A DNA stretch of 64,000 nt, taken from the NCBI RefSeq assembly GCF_006345805.1, contig NC_043000.1, forward strand, positions 68,014,001-68,078,000. The letters run 5' to 3'. How positions within the stretch are numbered: position 1 is the stretch's first letter; the number at the start of each line of letters is the position of its first letter. Made by a program: the position numbers and the translations under genes. The notes below the pieces were generated by a model, which saw only the letters and a program-made list of their open reading frames with translations, had not been told where the DNA came from and made no database searches. The DNA is from Octopus sinensis (Eukaryota). Positions 49,100-63,150 of this stretch are shown one piece after another.

Positions 49100-50393
49100 T
49101 TAGGTCGTCAAGTATGAAATTTGTAGTACGGTATATGGTAAACTTTGACAGCTGCTCATTTTGCGCCATTATTATATTTTGACAATCTTTATTTTTTGTT
49201 AGAAAGCTGACACATCTATTTCTTTATTCTAGCTCATTTTGCGCTTTATAAAGTATTTATAATTCGTTTTTCGCTATTTCTATTTAGATGTGGCTAAGTC
49301 GGAAATTCGTACAGTTTTGAAATATGAGTTCTTTCTTGAAAATACAGCATCACAGACAGCTCAGAATATTAATGGAGTATTTCATTTTAATTCTATTACA
49401 AAGCAGACAGTATCAAATTGGTTTTCAAAATTTCGTTCTGGTAACTTTGACCTCACAAATGAGCAACGCGGTCGACCAGAAACAAAAGTGGATAATGACA
49501 AACTGAAAGCCACCGTCGAGTCAGATCCCCCTCAAAGTACCCGTGAATTATCATTATTGTTTGGTGTTAGCAAGCAAACAATATTGACTCACCTAGTTCA
49601 AATCGGTAAAGTGAAAAAGTTGGATAAGTGGGTTCCATATGAACTTAATGAAAATCAGAAACAGGAACGTTTTGAAGCCTGCATTATGTTACTTCTTCGT
49701 CACAAAAATGAATCATTTTTGAATCGAATTGTAACATGTGATGAGAAATGGATCCAATGCAACAACCCTAAACGTTCAGCACAATGGTTGGACAAAGTCG
49801 AGCCACCAAAACACAGTCCAAAAAGCAAAATTCATCAAAAAAAGTTGATAGTGTGTGTTTGGTGGTCTGGTGCAGGTGTGATCCAGTTTGATTTCATTAA
49901 ACCTGGCTCATCAAAAATCACGGCCGAAGTATATTGAAGCCAACTGAACCAAATGATGAAGAAACTTACAAAAAAAAAAAACAGCCTAGATTAGTCAACA
50001 GTTCCACTTCTATTTTATTGCAAGACAACGCCAGACCACACATCGCAAAAATGACATTGGCAAAACTACAGGAGTTGGAGTTGGAAGTTCTCCATCATCC
50101 ACCATACTCACCTGATTTTGTCGCCACTGACTACCACTTCTTCAAGAATTTGGATAACTTTTTGATAGGAAAAACATTTAATTCCGACGATGCTGTAAAA
50201 CAGGCCTTCCAAGATTTTATTCTCTGTAGATTGCCAGTCTTTTACAGTTCCGGGCTGGACAAGCTACCGCTGAAATGGCAAAAGTGTATTGACAATATGG
50301 GTGTATACTTTGATGAATAAAACTATTACTTATACTTATAAAACATTAGCAAACTTTTTTTCTTTTCTACAAATGTCATACTTGATGACCTAA
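49100..50393 (+). mobile_element. Full-length mariner (lineage 4, 1294 bp), lightly damaged transposase 49290-50320
   Basis: 27-bp TIRs TTAGGTC(G/A)TCAAGTATGA(A/C)ATTTGTAG. WVPYEL, TCDEKW, LQDNARPH, YSPDFVATDYHFF (D,D34D intact). TGA at 49935-49937, poly-A frameshift at ~49970, disturbed start. Confidence 0.96.
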
Positions 50394-51245
50394 CAGTTTA
50401 GACACATACCTAGAAATTTGGGAGTAAAGCAGTGTTCAGTCGATTTAATGAACGCCATTACATGACCGACCCTTTTTTAATTAACCCCGACAAGACAAAA
50501 TACATTGTCGATTTCGATGGGATTGAAACTTAAATTATGGAGAGAACCAGCTAAATAACCAAAACATTCTACTCGCTGTGTCGCTGTAAAGAAGTTTGTT
50601 CAACTTTCTGTCAATTACATTAGTGACGTCTAATGTTGGCCCCTGTTCAAAAAATTTAAAAACCTACTTATGGTTGTCATAAGTAAGCATTAGCCATAGA
50701 ATTTTGTGCAAACACAGGGCTTTGTTTGACATATACATACAATACACACACATTACAACATATTCATCATTCAAAATATAAATGGAACGTTGGTGTTAAC
50801 ATATTATTTATTAAAAGTAATCCTGCTTTATAGAAATATCTCTTCCCATAACCTACACTCTTTATATTCAGGTACTTTTTCAGGTCAATATACGCTTTCT
50901 TATTCCCGTACATGGTCATCTCTAAGGTTGTTTATTCTTATGTACATTTTGGAAATTGAACACATTAAAAAACTATCTTGTACAGTTGTTATAATTAAAA
51001 AATCTACGAGTACAAAATTTTTTTCTGCTAAATGTATTCATTAACTATGTCATTTTGGCTAAGAAATACACACGTCGTGTTAGTACAAACGGTGCTATTG
51101 TGCGTCATTTGAAAAGACGATGTAAGTTAAGCACAAACAGTGTCATTGTGTTGATGTCATTTGGGAAACAGTCAGCAGATTAAAACAAACGGATGTCATT
51201 GAAATCTGCCTCTTCTAACTCCTAAAATTGACAAGCAGATGGCAA

Positions 51246-51281
<36 letters not shown>

Positions 51282-51857
51282 AAAGAGCTCAATCAAAATA
51301 TGTCCATGTTTGTAGCAAGATAAAATGAGAGGAAATAAATTTGAAAAGAACAGTATTGTCATGCAATCAAAACGGACGTGGGGAGAGAAAAGAAGTCGGC
51401 GATAGAGACCACTGGTGTTGACTCATTTAAAAGGTATATTTACAGTGAAGAATATCGTCTTAATGAAAATAAGCAGTGGTGAAAAAAGCTTCGTCAGAAG
51501 CGTCGAACTCCGTGAATAACTGGTACTGACTGCAGTAAGCTCAGTTAGACATATCTACAAAGTAACCGGATTAATGGTTTGTATACTGCCATTATGACTG
51601 CGTTACATCTCTCGAAGCAAAGAGATGCCAATAGTTCGAACTAAAGAGCTACAGCATAGTATACAAGAACGTTGCTGTTGTCTGCGCAAAGTGTTTCACT
51701 CTCACTTAGCATTAAAATCTAAGATGCACCCCAGTACACCTGACTTTGTATAGCGTCTCTCGTACACGTTCTGCTCAAATCTAATCAACGGTCCTCGACC
51801 AGTACCACAGTCAATACAATTTACTCTCCCCATCCAAATCATGTGTAGAACATATAC

Positions 51858-52423
51858 TTTTCTTCTCTAGGCACAAGGCCCGAAATTTTTGGGGGGAGGG
51901 CGCCAGTTGATTAGATCGACCCCAGTACGCAACTGGTACTTTATTTACCGACCCCGAAAGGATGAAAGGCAAAGTTGACCTCGGCGGAATTTGAACTCAG
52001 AACGTAACGACAGACGAAATACCTATTTCTATTTCTTTACTACCCACAAGGGGCTAAACACAGAGAGGACAAACAAGGACAGACAAACGGATTAAGTCGA
52101 TTACATCGACCCCAGTGCGTAACTGGTACTTATTTAATCAACCCTGAAAGGATGAAAGGCAAAGTCGACCTTGGCGGAATTTGAACTCAGAACGTAACGA
52201 CAGACCAAATACCTATTTCTATTTCTTTACTACCCACAAGGGGCTAAACACAGAGGGGACAAACAAGGACAGACAGACGGATTAAATCAATTATATCGAC
52301 CCCAGTGCGTAACTGGTACTTACGGCAAAGTCGACCTCGGCGGAATTTGAACTCAGAACGTAACGGCAGACGAAATACGGCTACGCATTTCGCCCGGCGT
52401 GCTAACGTTTCTGCCAGCTCGCC
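51858..52423 (-). mobile_element. Family-A SINE tandem trimer (one head, three bodies)
   Basis: 190-bp period (TATTTCTATTTCTTTACTACCCACAAGGGG at 52024 and 52214). The leftmost body carries the type-1 tail. Confidence 0.92.
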
Positions 52424-52509
52424 AGGAATGAATGAATCACAAACTTTTCGATATGATAAATAAAATATGTGTGTGTATGTGTGTGTGCGTGCGCGCGCGT
52501 GCATGTGTA

Positions 52510-52542
<33 letters not shown>

Positions 52543-53195
52543 GAGAGAGTATGCAAGCATGTATATATGTAACTATGCAGTTCGTTGAGTTGAAGTCGAC
52601 GCTGTTACTCGTTCTTCAAGTGAAAATAAAATACCAACACCAATAAGTGAAGAGATAATAGTTAATTCTGTTATCTCATATGATTTCATCTTAGTTCTGA
52701 AGGCTGAACTACTTAGTGAGTTTCCTGTAAGTTCAAGTTACCACATCTCTTTCCATCTTTTCTCTCTACACCACTCAGTTAACAGCACGATGGGATATGA
52801 ACTCAGAACATATTAAGCGAGTGTCCGATACATTAACATTAAACCTCAATCAGAAAAGTAGTTAAACCCTGTTTGATAGACATGATGGTAACAATAGGAA
52901 ATAAAACGTCGCTTAGCTTTTACTATGGTGAAAACAAGATGATGTAGATGTTTGAACATAACAATATAAAGCATTAGCATCTGGGTAGGCACAAAGCTCC
53001 CAGCGAACCAAATTTCGTTCGATTCAATACCCTCGCTGACTTATTTAGCATCGCTTACTTTCTGTATCTGAGATCTCTAGCCTGGGGAATAATGATCGCT
53101 GTTGAGTTGATTTCTCACTGATATACTTGAAAACAAAGAACTGTACACTGATCTAATGACCTGGGCAAAGAATGAGTAATATATAGAATGTTTAA

Positions 53196-53405
53196 GGCAG
53201 CGAGCTGGCAGAATCGTTAGCACGCCGGGCAAAATGCTCAGTGGCAATTCGTCCGTCTTTATGTTCTGAGTTCAAATTCCGCCGAGGTCGACTTAGCCTT
53301 TCATCCTTTTGGGGTCGATAAAATAAGTACCAGTTGAGAACTGGAATCGATCTAATCGACCTACCCTCCCCCGAAATTGCTGGCTTTGTGTCAAAACTTG
53401 AAAGC
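53196..53405 (+). mobile_element. Full-length family-A SINE
   Basis: TSD core AATATATAGAAT at 53178-53189 and 53406-53417. Confidence 0.92.
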
Positions 53406-53915
53406 AATATATAGAATTTTTGACTAAACACCTTACTGAACTCGGGAGAGCAACATAAGATAGGAGAGCTCTCAGCGTACCCAATTCGCAATTCAATTTC
53501 AAATAATTTGAATATTATATGATTCAATACATTTTTCTTGTCTCTAACGAAAAGATTCAGATTCTTAAAAGAATAAGGGGAAAAAAAGAAGAGAGCATTT
53601 CTAACGACATAGAATGCAATCCTCGGATTAATTCATCGGAACTAGCTCTAAGTTAGTCGCTTTGTGTTTCACTTTTTTATGTTCAGTTTACCCAGGATAA
53701 GTATACGGTGTTTAGATCCACCAATAGTGATTGGTTATTGCAGACATGAAGGATGTAAATAAATTGAAATATCCACACAGCTGGGGAATGGAAACGGGAT
53801 CACAAACTCTATAAACCAGACAAATTAATTTCTTCTAAAATGCGTACACAACAATGGCTCACTAAAACTGTAACACTAAATATTTAAGAATGGAAGTTAC
53901 TGGAAGTTAAATGAC

Positions 53916-54202
53916 AGGTGCAGTCGTGACCGTGAGGCAAGAAGTTTACTTCCCAACCACACGATTTTGGGTGAGTGCAGTTGCTTGATGGAAACTAAAA
54001 GAAGCTTATGTTGTGTGTGTGTGTGTGTGTTGTGTCTGCTTCCCCCACTGCTTGACAACCGAAATTGGTTTGCTTATGTTCCCTGAGAATAAGTACAAAA
54101 CTTAAAAGCAAAAAAAAAAAGCCGTTTATTTTTTCGACGACTAAACTCTTAAAGGCAGTGCCTCAACATATCAGCAGTCCAGTGACTAAAACGAGTAAAA
54201 GA
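53916..54202 (+). mobile_element. Decayed family-D SINE
   Basis: Head, (TG)n linker and tail blocks recognisable. Confidence 0.75.
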
Positions 54203-54534
54203 AATGATGAATTACTTGGGAGACATATAAAATGGCGGTGGTACGAAGGAAGCAAGCTCTGTATGTATCACATTTAAATTAGTCCTTTCTCTGACAAGAT
54301 TCTATAAAGCTTGAGAAAAATAAATAAATATGGGCGCAGGCTTGGCTGTGTAGTTAAGAAGCTTGTTCTCAAACGTGTGGTCTCAGGTTCAGTTTCACTG
54401 CACAGCAGGTGCTTTCTACTGTGACTCTGGGCCGATCAAAGCCTTGTGAGTGGATTTGGGAAGCGGAAACTGAAAGAAGACAGTCGTATACACATACATA
54501 TATTATGTGTGTGTGTGTGTGTGTGTGTGTGGTG

Positions 54535-55442
54535 CGCGGACGGGATGCTGGATGCACTTTTGCCGAAGCCAAGCGGACACAACATCAACAACAACAACAA
54601 TAATTATTATAATAAATGCCCTGATGCAGTACCAGGCAGTGGCTCTCGTGGCTTCTGATCTTAACTGATTAGAAGTGTTATCATGTACATTGTTTTGTCT
54701 TGGTATAAAAGATGAGCTACAGCAAATATTCTGCTCAACACCACAGATTTGCTTGTCAGTTGTGTGACCTTAACCAGTTGAGCTTGTCCCTCAGTGGCTG
54801 ACGATATGTGCATCTCTGATCACGAGCAGAAGTAGTGGGGGAGCATCATAGCTATGTGTTGAGAGGAATTGTTTGGAGTTTGAATAATTCACCTGTAGAA
54901 ACATGGGTGTTTGGTTCAACATCCTTAAACAACCCTTATTCAGGGACCTTTTGAGCAGGATGGGTTACTCGACTAGAAGAAAATTCTAACTGGGCTCCAC
55001 CTGCAAGGTCATGTGCTGTTTATCTTGATATGAGATCACCATGTCACGCACATATGGTTGTAATGTATGTGCTTAGTGTACCCTTATCAGACGGGTAGTC
55101 ATGATGGGTATACTGGGCTTTGTATATTTTACCCCAGTGTCACTTTGATGGCATGCACTGCTCTCTCACTCATAGTAATAATAAAACAATCCTACCTACA
55201 TAGCTTAATGATCAATTCAGTCTGAAAAATGGTCATATTGTAGGAATAAAGTGATTATCATATATTTTAATTTTCGTATATTTTTCGGCATCTTGTCCCT
55301 TCGGTTTTATGTCCTTTCGGCATTGTGTCCTTTCGGCATTGTATCCTTTCGGCATTGTGTCCTTTCGGCATTGTATCCTTTCGGCATTGTGTCCGTTCGG
55401 CTTCTTTTCCCTCGGCAAAAGTGCATTCGGTCTCCCTTCGTG
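54535..55442. mobile_element. TIR element with a 16-bp subterminal minisatellite
   Basis: ATGCACTTTTGCCGA (54552-54566) inverted as TCGGCAAAAGTGCAT (55412-55426). (TTTCGGCATTGT(G/A)TCC)n at ~55282-55400. Confidence 0.65.
54614..55172 (-). mobile_element. Family-G non-LTR 3' UTR fragment
   Basis: Colinear with 3936-4445; ends in a TTA/TTG-rich tail. Confidence 0.8.
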
Positions 55443-55446
55443 TACT

Positions 55447-55495
<49 letters not shown>

Positions 55496-56264
55496 ATGTT
55501 GTGTCTGTCACCCACCATCCTTTGACAACCGACATTGACTTGTTTACGTCCTCGTAACACAGCGGTCCGACAAAAGACCCGCAATGTATTACTATAAGTA
55601 TTATAACTCTGGTATAAATATATGACTTATATATATATATATATATATATATATAAGATAATAACTGGGGACGACTTGTTCAACCAAACCCACCAAGCGC
55701 CACAGCATGGTCGTAGTCCAATAACAGAAACAAGTAAAAGATAGAAAGTAATTGATAGGTAGGCGAGTGAATGCCATAAAAATGGAAGCTTCTAACAGTG
55801 GATGCAATTTCACTTCACTTAATGCTTCTGAAACCCTTGAATAAAGCATGAATGCTTTGGAAGCTCATTTCCCCTCTCTCCTATAAATCAGAAATTTTGA
55901 GCGTCTTAAGAAATCAATATTGTAAATATCAACAAAGAAATGGTAGCTTGAGGAGAAGGGAAGAATGCCAGCAAATATATTATTAGTTTAATAAAAGTTC
56001 CGACAATATTTGCTGATGTTCACTTGTTTTCCTAAATAATTTCTGGCTTACAGAATAGTCTATAACATCTGGCCAACTTCAGATACATTGTCCCTTTGAA
56101 TATCGAAAAAAAAAATGAAAATATAAAAAAAACTCTCCAAAAGAACAACGCCAACTAATTCAAATATATAAATGCGATGTCGACAAAGTTTCGAGGTTTT
56201 CAAGGAAACTGAATTGTGTTAATTACCCTGTGACCACTGGTGAGTTTTTTTAATGAGAAATGTT

Positions 56265-56312
<48 letters not shown>

Positions 56313-56852
56313 GTATGTATATGAGAGAGAGAGAGGAGCAGAAGGAGAGATTCAGTGAGAAAGAGAGTAGAACTATTAAAGTTGGTTGTTCTGAAGATTC
56401 CAAAGGATATTAACTGTCAGATATATAAATATATCATGTAGATGGTGAGGTTGTTGTAATACGCAAAGGAACTACAGTACGTTAATGAAATATATAGAAA
56501 CGTTCGGCAAAGATTTGGCTAGGGTTCAGAACATACTGATAAGACCGACATTATTGATCAATATCAGTTACTATTGTGTCGCTATTGCACATTTGTGTTT
56601 GTTCAGAAGCAATGATTCATCAATGGTCAATCAAACGGTAGAAAACATATACAATTACAATTTGAAAGAAAGAAATTATCTGAGCAATGAGCTCTGTTGC
56701 AATTACTTTCCGAAAGAAACTTCTCTATTGATTTCTCACACAATTAAAAGTTTAGGACTATACATACTCGTTTCACATCGTTCTCTCAACTGTATTTACA
56801 GATTAAGGGTAAAGTGTTCAAGTTTCAATCAAGGACCACAAGGAGATATACA

Positions 56853-57220
56853 TTCTTTTACTTGTTTCAGTTATTTGACTGCGACTATGCTGGAGCACTG
56901 TCTTGAAGGATTTTAGACTAACAAATGAACCCCAAGACTTACATTTTCAGCCTAGTGCTTATTCTATGGGTCTCTTTTGCCGAACCGCTAAGTTATGGGG
57001 ACGTAAACACACCAATGCCAATTGCCAAGCGGTGATGGAGGGGCAAACACCCCCCCCCCCCCACACACACACACACGACGAGCTTCTTTCAGTTTCCGTC
57101 TGACTTTGGTTGACTCGAGGCTATAGTAGAAGACACTTGCCCAACGTGCCACGCAATGGGACTGAACCTGGAAACATGTGGTTGGGAAACAAGCTTCTTG
57201 CCACACAGCCAGGTCTGCGC
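56853..57220 (-). mobile_element. Near full-length family-D SINE
   Basis: All blocks present (tail TTTACTTGTTTCAG.. to head ..GCCAGGTCTGCGCC). Confidence 0.9.
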
Positions 57221-58317
57221 CTATTTTGGTGCATAGACCGGGAAATTATAAACCACGCTTGTTCATTGAAACGAGTTCTGTTAAAATTAAGGCAACAGTT
57301 AAATACAAAATTAACTAATGTTTTAAAAATAATCTTCTGTCTCTCTGACGTAAGGCTTAGCTGGAAATGTTAAGGCTTTCTTCTCCTCCGCCCCCTTTAT
57401 ACAAATCTATATTAACAAACTTTACTGAACACATTTTGCCGACGAAGACCACGATTAGTTGCTTCGGATACTGATGCTTTTGTATATATTTTTGTTTGTT
57501 TTTATTCAATATAGGTTAACTCTTTCTTCGTAAAGCTGGATCTTAATCAAAAGAACTCAGTTTACTTAGATCAAGCAATCTAGGTAAACTTGGCATTTAA
57601 AACGGAAAATAATATCAATACAGATAGATTCCAGTTAACAAACACAAAGCTACAAACCACACAGAGAGACAAAAAAATTTAAATTTGGAGAGAGAGGCAA
57701 AAAAAAGTCTAGGAAAAATGAAAATATAGTTGAACACACATATGCACACACACACATGAATACATACATGCATACACATACGTGCGCATACATATACATA
57801 TATGCATACACGCGCGCGCTAGGTGGTGGAGGGACAGATAAACATTTTTCCTAACTTCAGAGACCCTACGCGATCATTAAGCTATAACCATGCAATCATT
57901 AACTATGGTATTTCGATGATAATTGTCACAGATTAAAAACAAATTTGGGTGTTGGCAGTGAGTGATGTAACTTTTGGTTGGTTCATAGGAGATTTTAAAC
58001 TACATTGTTATAATAAAGGTTGCTGGAAAGATTCGTGAACGATACAGCTTTCATTAAGTAGAAAAACAATGTTTGACACTAAAACTACTAAACAAATAAA
58101 ATTATCAAGGTGCTATTCGAGAATGAGTCATTTCCCCCAGAATAAGGAGTAATTAAGATAAAGCGAGAATTGATGTACTTGCAAGTTTACGCACAGTGTT
58201 TTGATATGTTATTTAAACCTATTTCATGTAAATTGCAACATAAATAACATATGAGTAACATTTGATAGACAATAGAATACCGAATTGGATTTATATTTAA
58301 CAATAGTTAGTTTAGGT

Positions 58318-58545
58318 GGAGGCGCGTGGCTTAGTGGTTAGGGTGTCAGCATCATGATCGTAAGATTGTGGTTTCGATTCCTGGACCGGGTGACGCGTTG
58401 TGTTCTTGAGCAAAACACTTCATTTCACGTTGCTCCAGTCCACTCAGCTGGCAAAAATGATCTAGCTTGGGAACACATACGCCATGGAAACCGGGAAACC
58501 GGGCTTATGAGCCTGGTTAGGCTTTAAAAAGCGCGCATTTATTTT
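58318..58545 (+). mobile_element. tRNA-derived SINE (family C; head related to 32037)
   Basis: A box TGGCTTAGTGG, B box GGTTTCGATTCC, central GTGTTCTTGAGCAAAACACTT..GTTGCTCCAGTCCACTCAGCTG, (ATTT) tail. Confidence 0.85.
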
Positions 58546-60694
58546 ATAGTTAGTTTAGTACGCAACTGCAAGAATTCGAAACCCACTCTGACCGATAAAA
58601 ACCAATGTCACTATGTACCGGAAGTCAAGGAGACTATGCTATATTCTGAACAAATTCGTCTTGAACTCAGTCATTAGTATAATGCTATTACAATTCTTTT
58701 CAGAAAGTTTATTAATTTTTCACTGACTTCGGTTAATTGTTAGTAGGCACCAGTCATGAACGACAATCACCCAGCATCACATTTAAATTAGCGACATTAG
58801 TATTTTCGGTGTTAGATGAGCCATGCAAAGCAAGGCTCTCTCTCTTGTATTTTGTATGCGTTGAGTTAACTGAAGATTTTCGAGTTAAGCCTTTACAATT
58901 GGCAAATGCTCCATATATAACTACGACTGGATTTACATTCTCCACATCTGCGTAAGACCAGGAATAAAATTTGTTTAATGGGTGCTAACTCGTATCCAAA
59001 ATTTTTACATGGTCGATTTTGTTTCAATCTTAATATCAAAACAAAAACAGGTATATAAAAATTATTATTATATTTGTACGACAATCAAATCAGATAAATG
59101 GAAATGTAATCAATCCAAATGAAATGAAATCAATCCAATGAAATGAAATCAGTCCAAAATGTTACTACGCTCGTTCATTTTGGCGATGAATTTTTTAAAA
59201 GAGGATATTCAAATCGTTTTCATTGCACCACCCGCTTCCCCGCCAAAATTTAGTGGGTACGTTTGCAATCCCTGCCTTGAGACCTGCATTTTTCATCTAT
59301 GTAGTTGATCATTTCTCATAATAACCTATTTCAGAGGCCTACAAACCTGGTCATGCATGAGCTGTCAATCATTGTTTTTGGTTTATGCTATGAACTACGT
59401 TGTCCCGGTCTCATAAGTCAGTGGAGCAACTAATATTAGAAAAGAAAATTATATCCTGTTTTGTTAATAGCTTGCTGAGTGATAACAATAGGGGCAGGTG
59501 CAGAAGAGATAACATCTGCACGGACAGCAAGAATAACTAGACACTTGCCAAGTGTTTTAGCGAATCACTGCAAAGGTTAGGTGGGTCGACTGTGAATTGG
59601 GTTGCAAACTAGTGCATGCTTTCATCGAAGATTACGTCGGAGACAGAATTCTGAGAATTAAGATATGTTGTGATAACAATAGAAAACAGTGAATATCTCG
59701 ATTAATGTGGCTTTACTTAAAATGAATGGGAATTTTCTGCCTGACATGTTTTCTGAATTTGCATTGCCGATAGTGGTTCAGTCGTTGAGATTTCTTTATT
59801 TTAGAAGATAAATCCAAGCTTCGTCGGTTCTAAAAGCTTATGGTCTAGAATTGCCTATCTATGTTGAAAGTTTTCATTCCCAATTGTTTATCGTATATAG
59901 AGGAATGTAGTGATCTTTTTTATTAAAGATAAATAACATTTAAAAAAGTGATTTAGTTTTATCTCTAAACGAAATACTGATAACGTCGTTCTGTTGTAAA
60001 CTTTCTGAAGTTGCTAGATAAAAATTCTGTAGCAAATGTTAATGTCGGATGGGAAAAATATTTAATATCACCATATCAAAATGACAAATAATACAAGTGA
60101 AATATCGATTTATGTTGCAAGACTTAGAGGGGAAATGGCAGCGCCATGACCTATTTTTAAGGCTCCCGAGACTTGTAGGAGAAGGGACGTTATCCTCAAA
60201 CTAAAGCCATCTGAATACCTTTAACGGAGTGCACTTCGCTAAAAGGTCAAGTGGTGCTATTAAACTGGGCGATAGGATAAAGTCTACCACCCAAAGAATA
60301 GAAGCTTTGACATATCTAAAAATAAATCATGCTCCAAATCATTAAATTTCGTGTTTTAACCCCTTCAATCGCTAATTATTTTCAGGTACCCAGTTTTGGC
60401 TTGTATTAATTTCTCTATGTTGAGCTTGAACTCAGAATATTTATTCCTAATGCAGGAGGTGCAACATCTTAACGTTGCGTTTCTTATAATTAGAGGAGAG
60501 TATCAGACTTGATACTTTAGAGTAATGTTTTAAATCATATTCATAATGTTCTGATAATGAACTCATTTATCAAAAACACATAAACACATTATATTATCAC
60601 GTCAACATATACATTTGTCATTAATTATGTGAACATCATGAACCGAGTTAATTTTTATCGTCTTTGTTGCGGTCACCGCCAGGGACTTTGATTA

Positions 60695-60747
<53 letters not shown>

Positions 60748-60795
60748 TGTGTATGTATGTATGTATGTATGTATGTATGTATGTATGTATGTATG

Positions 60796-60875
<80 letters not shown>
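60695..60875. repeat. Compound (TG)n-(TATG)n-(TA)n microsatellite
   Basis: Direct reading. Confidence 0.95.
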
Positions 60876-60877
<2 letters not shown>

Positions 60878-61341
60878 TTTCGGCAAGACTAATCAACCGA
60901 AATTGCGATGATGATCCGGTTCTTGACTGAAGATAAAAAGCTTCCAATGACCCGTCCGTGTATTTTTTTTTTTTTTGGTATCGTCTATCTGGATGTTTTG
61001 TTGTCCACTTTTGTATCACCTAGTTGTCCGGATGTTTTGCGTTCTTGTCCCATTTTGTATTTTATTTTATTTATATATATAAGAAAAGAATTTCGTGGAA
61101 GAAATTTTCCCCATTTGGTGAGTTATAGTAAAAAAATATATAATAAAAGAAGGAAAATGCACACAATTTATATTTTCTTAATATATTTTGGTAGTCGACC
61201 GGTTTCAAGAAAAGACAAAATTGTAATATTTTTACCAATTTCAATGTCATGATTAGCGAACGCGAAATCGGTCGACTATCATAATATTCTATCCTTTAAA
61301 ATAAATTAAAAATATACAAATTGTAAGCATTTTCCTGCTTT

Positions 61342-61342
<1 letters not shown>

Positions 61343-61420
<78 letters not shown>

Positions 61421-61472
61421 TATATATATTCAGGATTAAATAAAAAGACAACAAACGGAAAATATGACATAC

Positions 61473-61537
<65 letters not shown>

Positions 61538-61599
61538 CATACACATAATTAAAATCGTGTAGTAATTAAACATACGAACGTGTACATACATGCATACAT

Positions 61600-61630
<31 letters not shown>

Positions 61631-61660
61631 TACATACATACATACATACATACATATCAT
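61343..61660. repeat. Compound (TA)n and (TACA)n microsatellites
   Basis: Direct reading. Confidence 0.9.
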
Positions 61661-61844
61661 AAACTAGACTTAAGATAGCAAGGCTTATAGCTACGCACAC
61701 GGACTCTAAGACGAAGTTACTAGCGGGTACTGAACAAGTGGTGCTAGACATACGTCATTCCCATTGACTTCTTTTGCTCAATGCACTTTTGCAACAGATA
61801 AGACCAGGAAAATATATTAGCCATAAAAAGTAGTAGTAGTAGTG

Positions 61845-61882
<38 letters not shown>

Positions 61883-61949
61883 TGAAGTAAGGCACTAAGA
61901 AAGCTAGCATTATATATTCATCAGAATTCATTTCTTCTAAATATATTAG

Positions 61950-62106
61950 GTACAGGCATGGGTGTGGGGTAAGGAGCTTGCTCAACCACATTGATCCGGG
62001 TTCAGTATCACAGCGTGACACCTTTGGCAAGTGTCTTCTACTGTGGCCTTGGGCCAACCAAAGCTTTGTGAGTGGATTGGTAAACAGAAACTGAAAGGAA
62101 CCCGTC

Positions 62107-62159
<53 letters not shown>

Positions 62160-62465
62160 CATGTATGTATGTGTCTCTGTGTCTGTTTTTGTCGCCCCAC
62201 CACCGCTTAACAACTGGTGTTGGTTTGTTTACCTCCCCGTAAATGTATGTGTATAATGTATAATGTGTTTATGATAAGTGAGCTCATTATCAGAACCGCC
62301 ACATTATGAATATGATTTGAAACATTACTCCAAAGTATCAAAAAGAGATGGAATAAGCACCAGGCTTCAAAAAATAAGTCCCAGGGTCTATTTGTTCGAC
62401 TAAAAGCCTTCAAGGCGATGCCCCAATATGGGCGCAGTCAACTGACTGAAACAAGTAAAAGATAA
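61950..62465 (+). mobile_element. Family-D SINE with expanded (TA)n linker and a ~100-bp insertion
   Basis: Head, CORE-like block and tail GACTGAAACAAGTAAAAGATAA. Confidence 0.85.
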
Positions 62466-62972
62466 TGTATATAACATAACTTTGATACTGTATGAACTAA
62501 GTCCCACGCTGATAGGTTTCTAGTGCGTTAGGTGTTTTACTAAGCGAAATTAACTTATTCTTCTTAGGCTGGTTAATGTTGTTTGGAGTATAAAAGTTCT
62601 CTGATACGAGGGTATTAAGAGTTGTATTTTACTAGGTGGAAATAATTCATATGCTTCTTTAGATTAAATTAATGTGCTTGAGAATATTATAATCGTTCGT
62701 ATTTTATTTAAAAGGATGGAATCTACGCCTTTATTTGAGCAACGTAGCTGCTAGCTTTGATCTGGTTGAAGAGTTTAAAGAGCAGAGAACTGAACCGCTA
62801 AGCATTACTAGGGCAAATGGGAAACTTCAGGATTAATGAGACTCTACCGATAACGCCCATTGCACGAGGAAGTCCTTCGTTAAATATTGTGTGATTGTCC
62901 TTCAGAAGGATTTTAATATTGGTAAAGCTAACACACGTTTAAGGGTTTTTATTTTATGGAGGTTGTGTAGTC

Positions 62973-63150
62973 CATACATACATACATACATACATACATA
63001 CATACATACATACATACTACATACATACATACATACATACATACATGCATACATGCATACATGCATACATGCATACATACATACATACATACATACATAC
63101 ATACATACATACATACATACATACATACATACATACATACATACATACAT
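62973..63150. repeat. (CATA)n microsatellite, ~44 units
   Basis: Direct reading, with a few CATG variants. Confidence 0.95.

Larger units (their letters stand above)
54333..55748 (+). mobile_element. Family-D SINE split by nested insertions
   Basis: 5' half 54333-54530; body resumes ~55445-55575; tail ~55660-55748. Confidence 0.75.

Noticed and set aside
49290-50320. SETMAR or an active domesticated transposase gene
   Set aside because: No SET domain or splice structure; TIRs flank it; a nonsense codon and a frameshift interrupt it.
59478-59580. Plus-strand exon (..TAATAG / AAAG|GTTAGG)
   Set aside because: All three frames from the best acceptor contain stops, and no homology was recognised.
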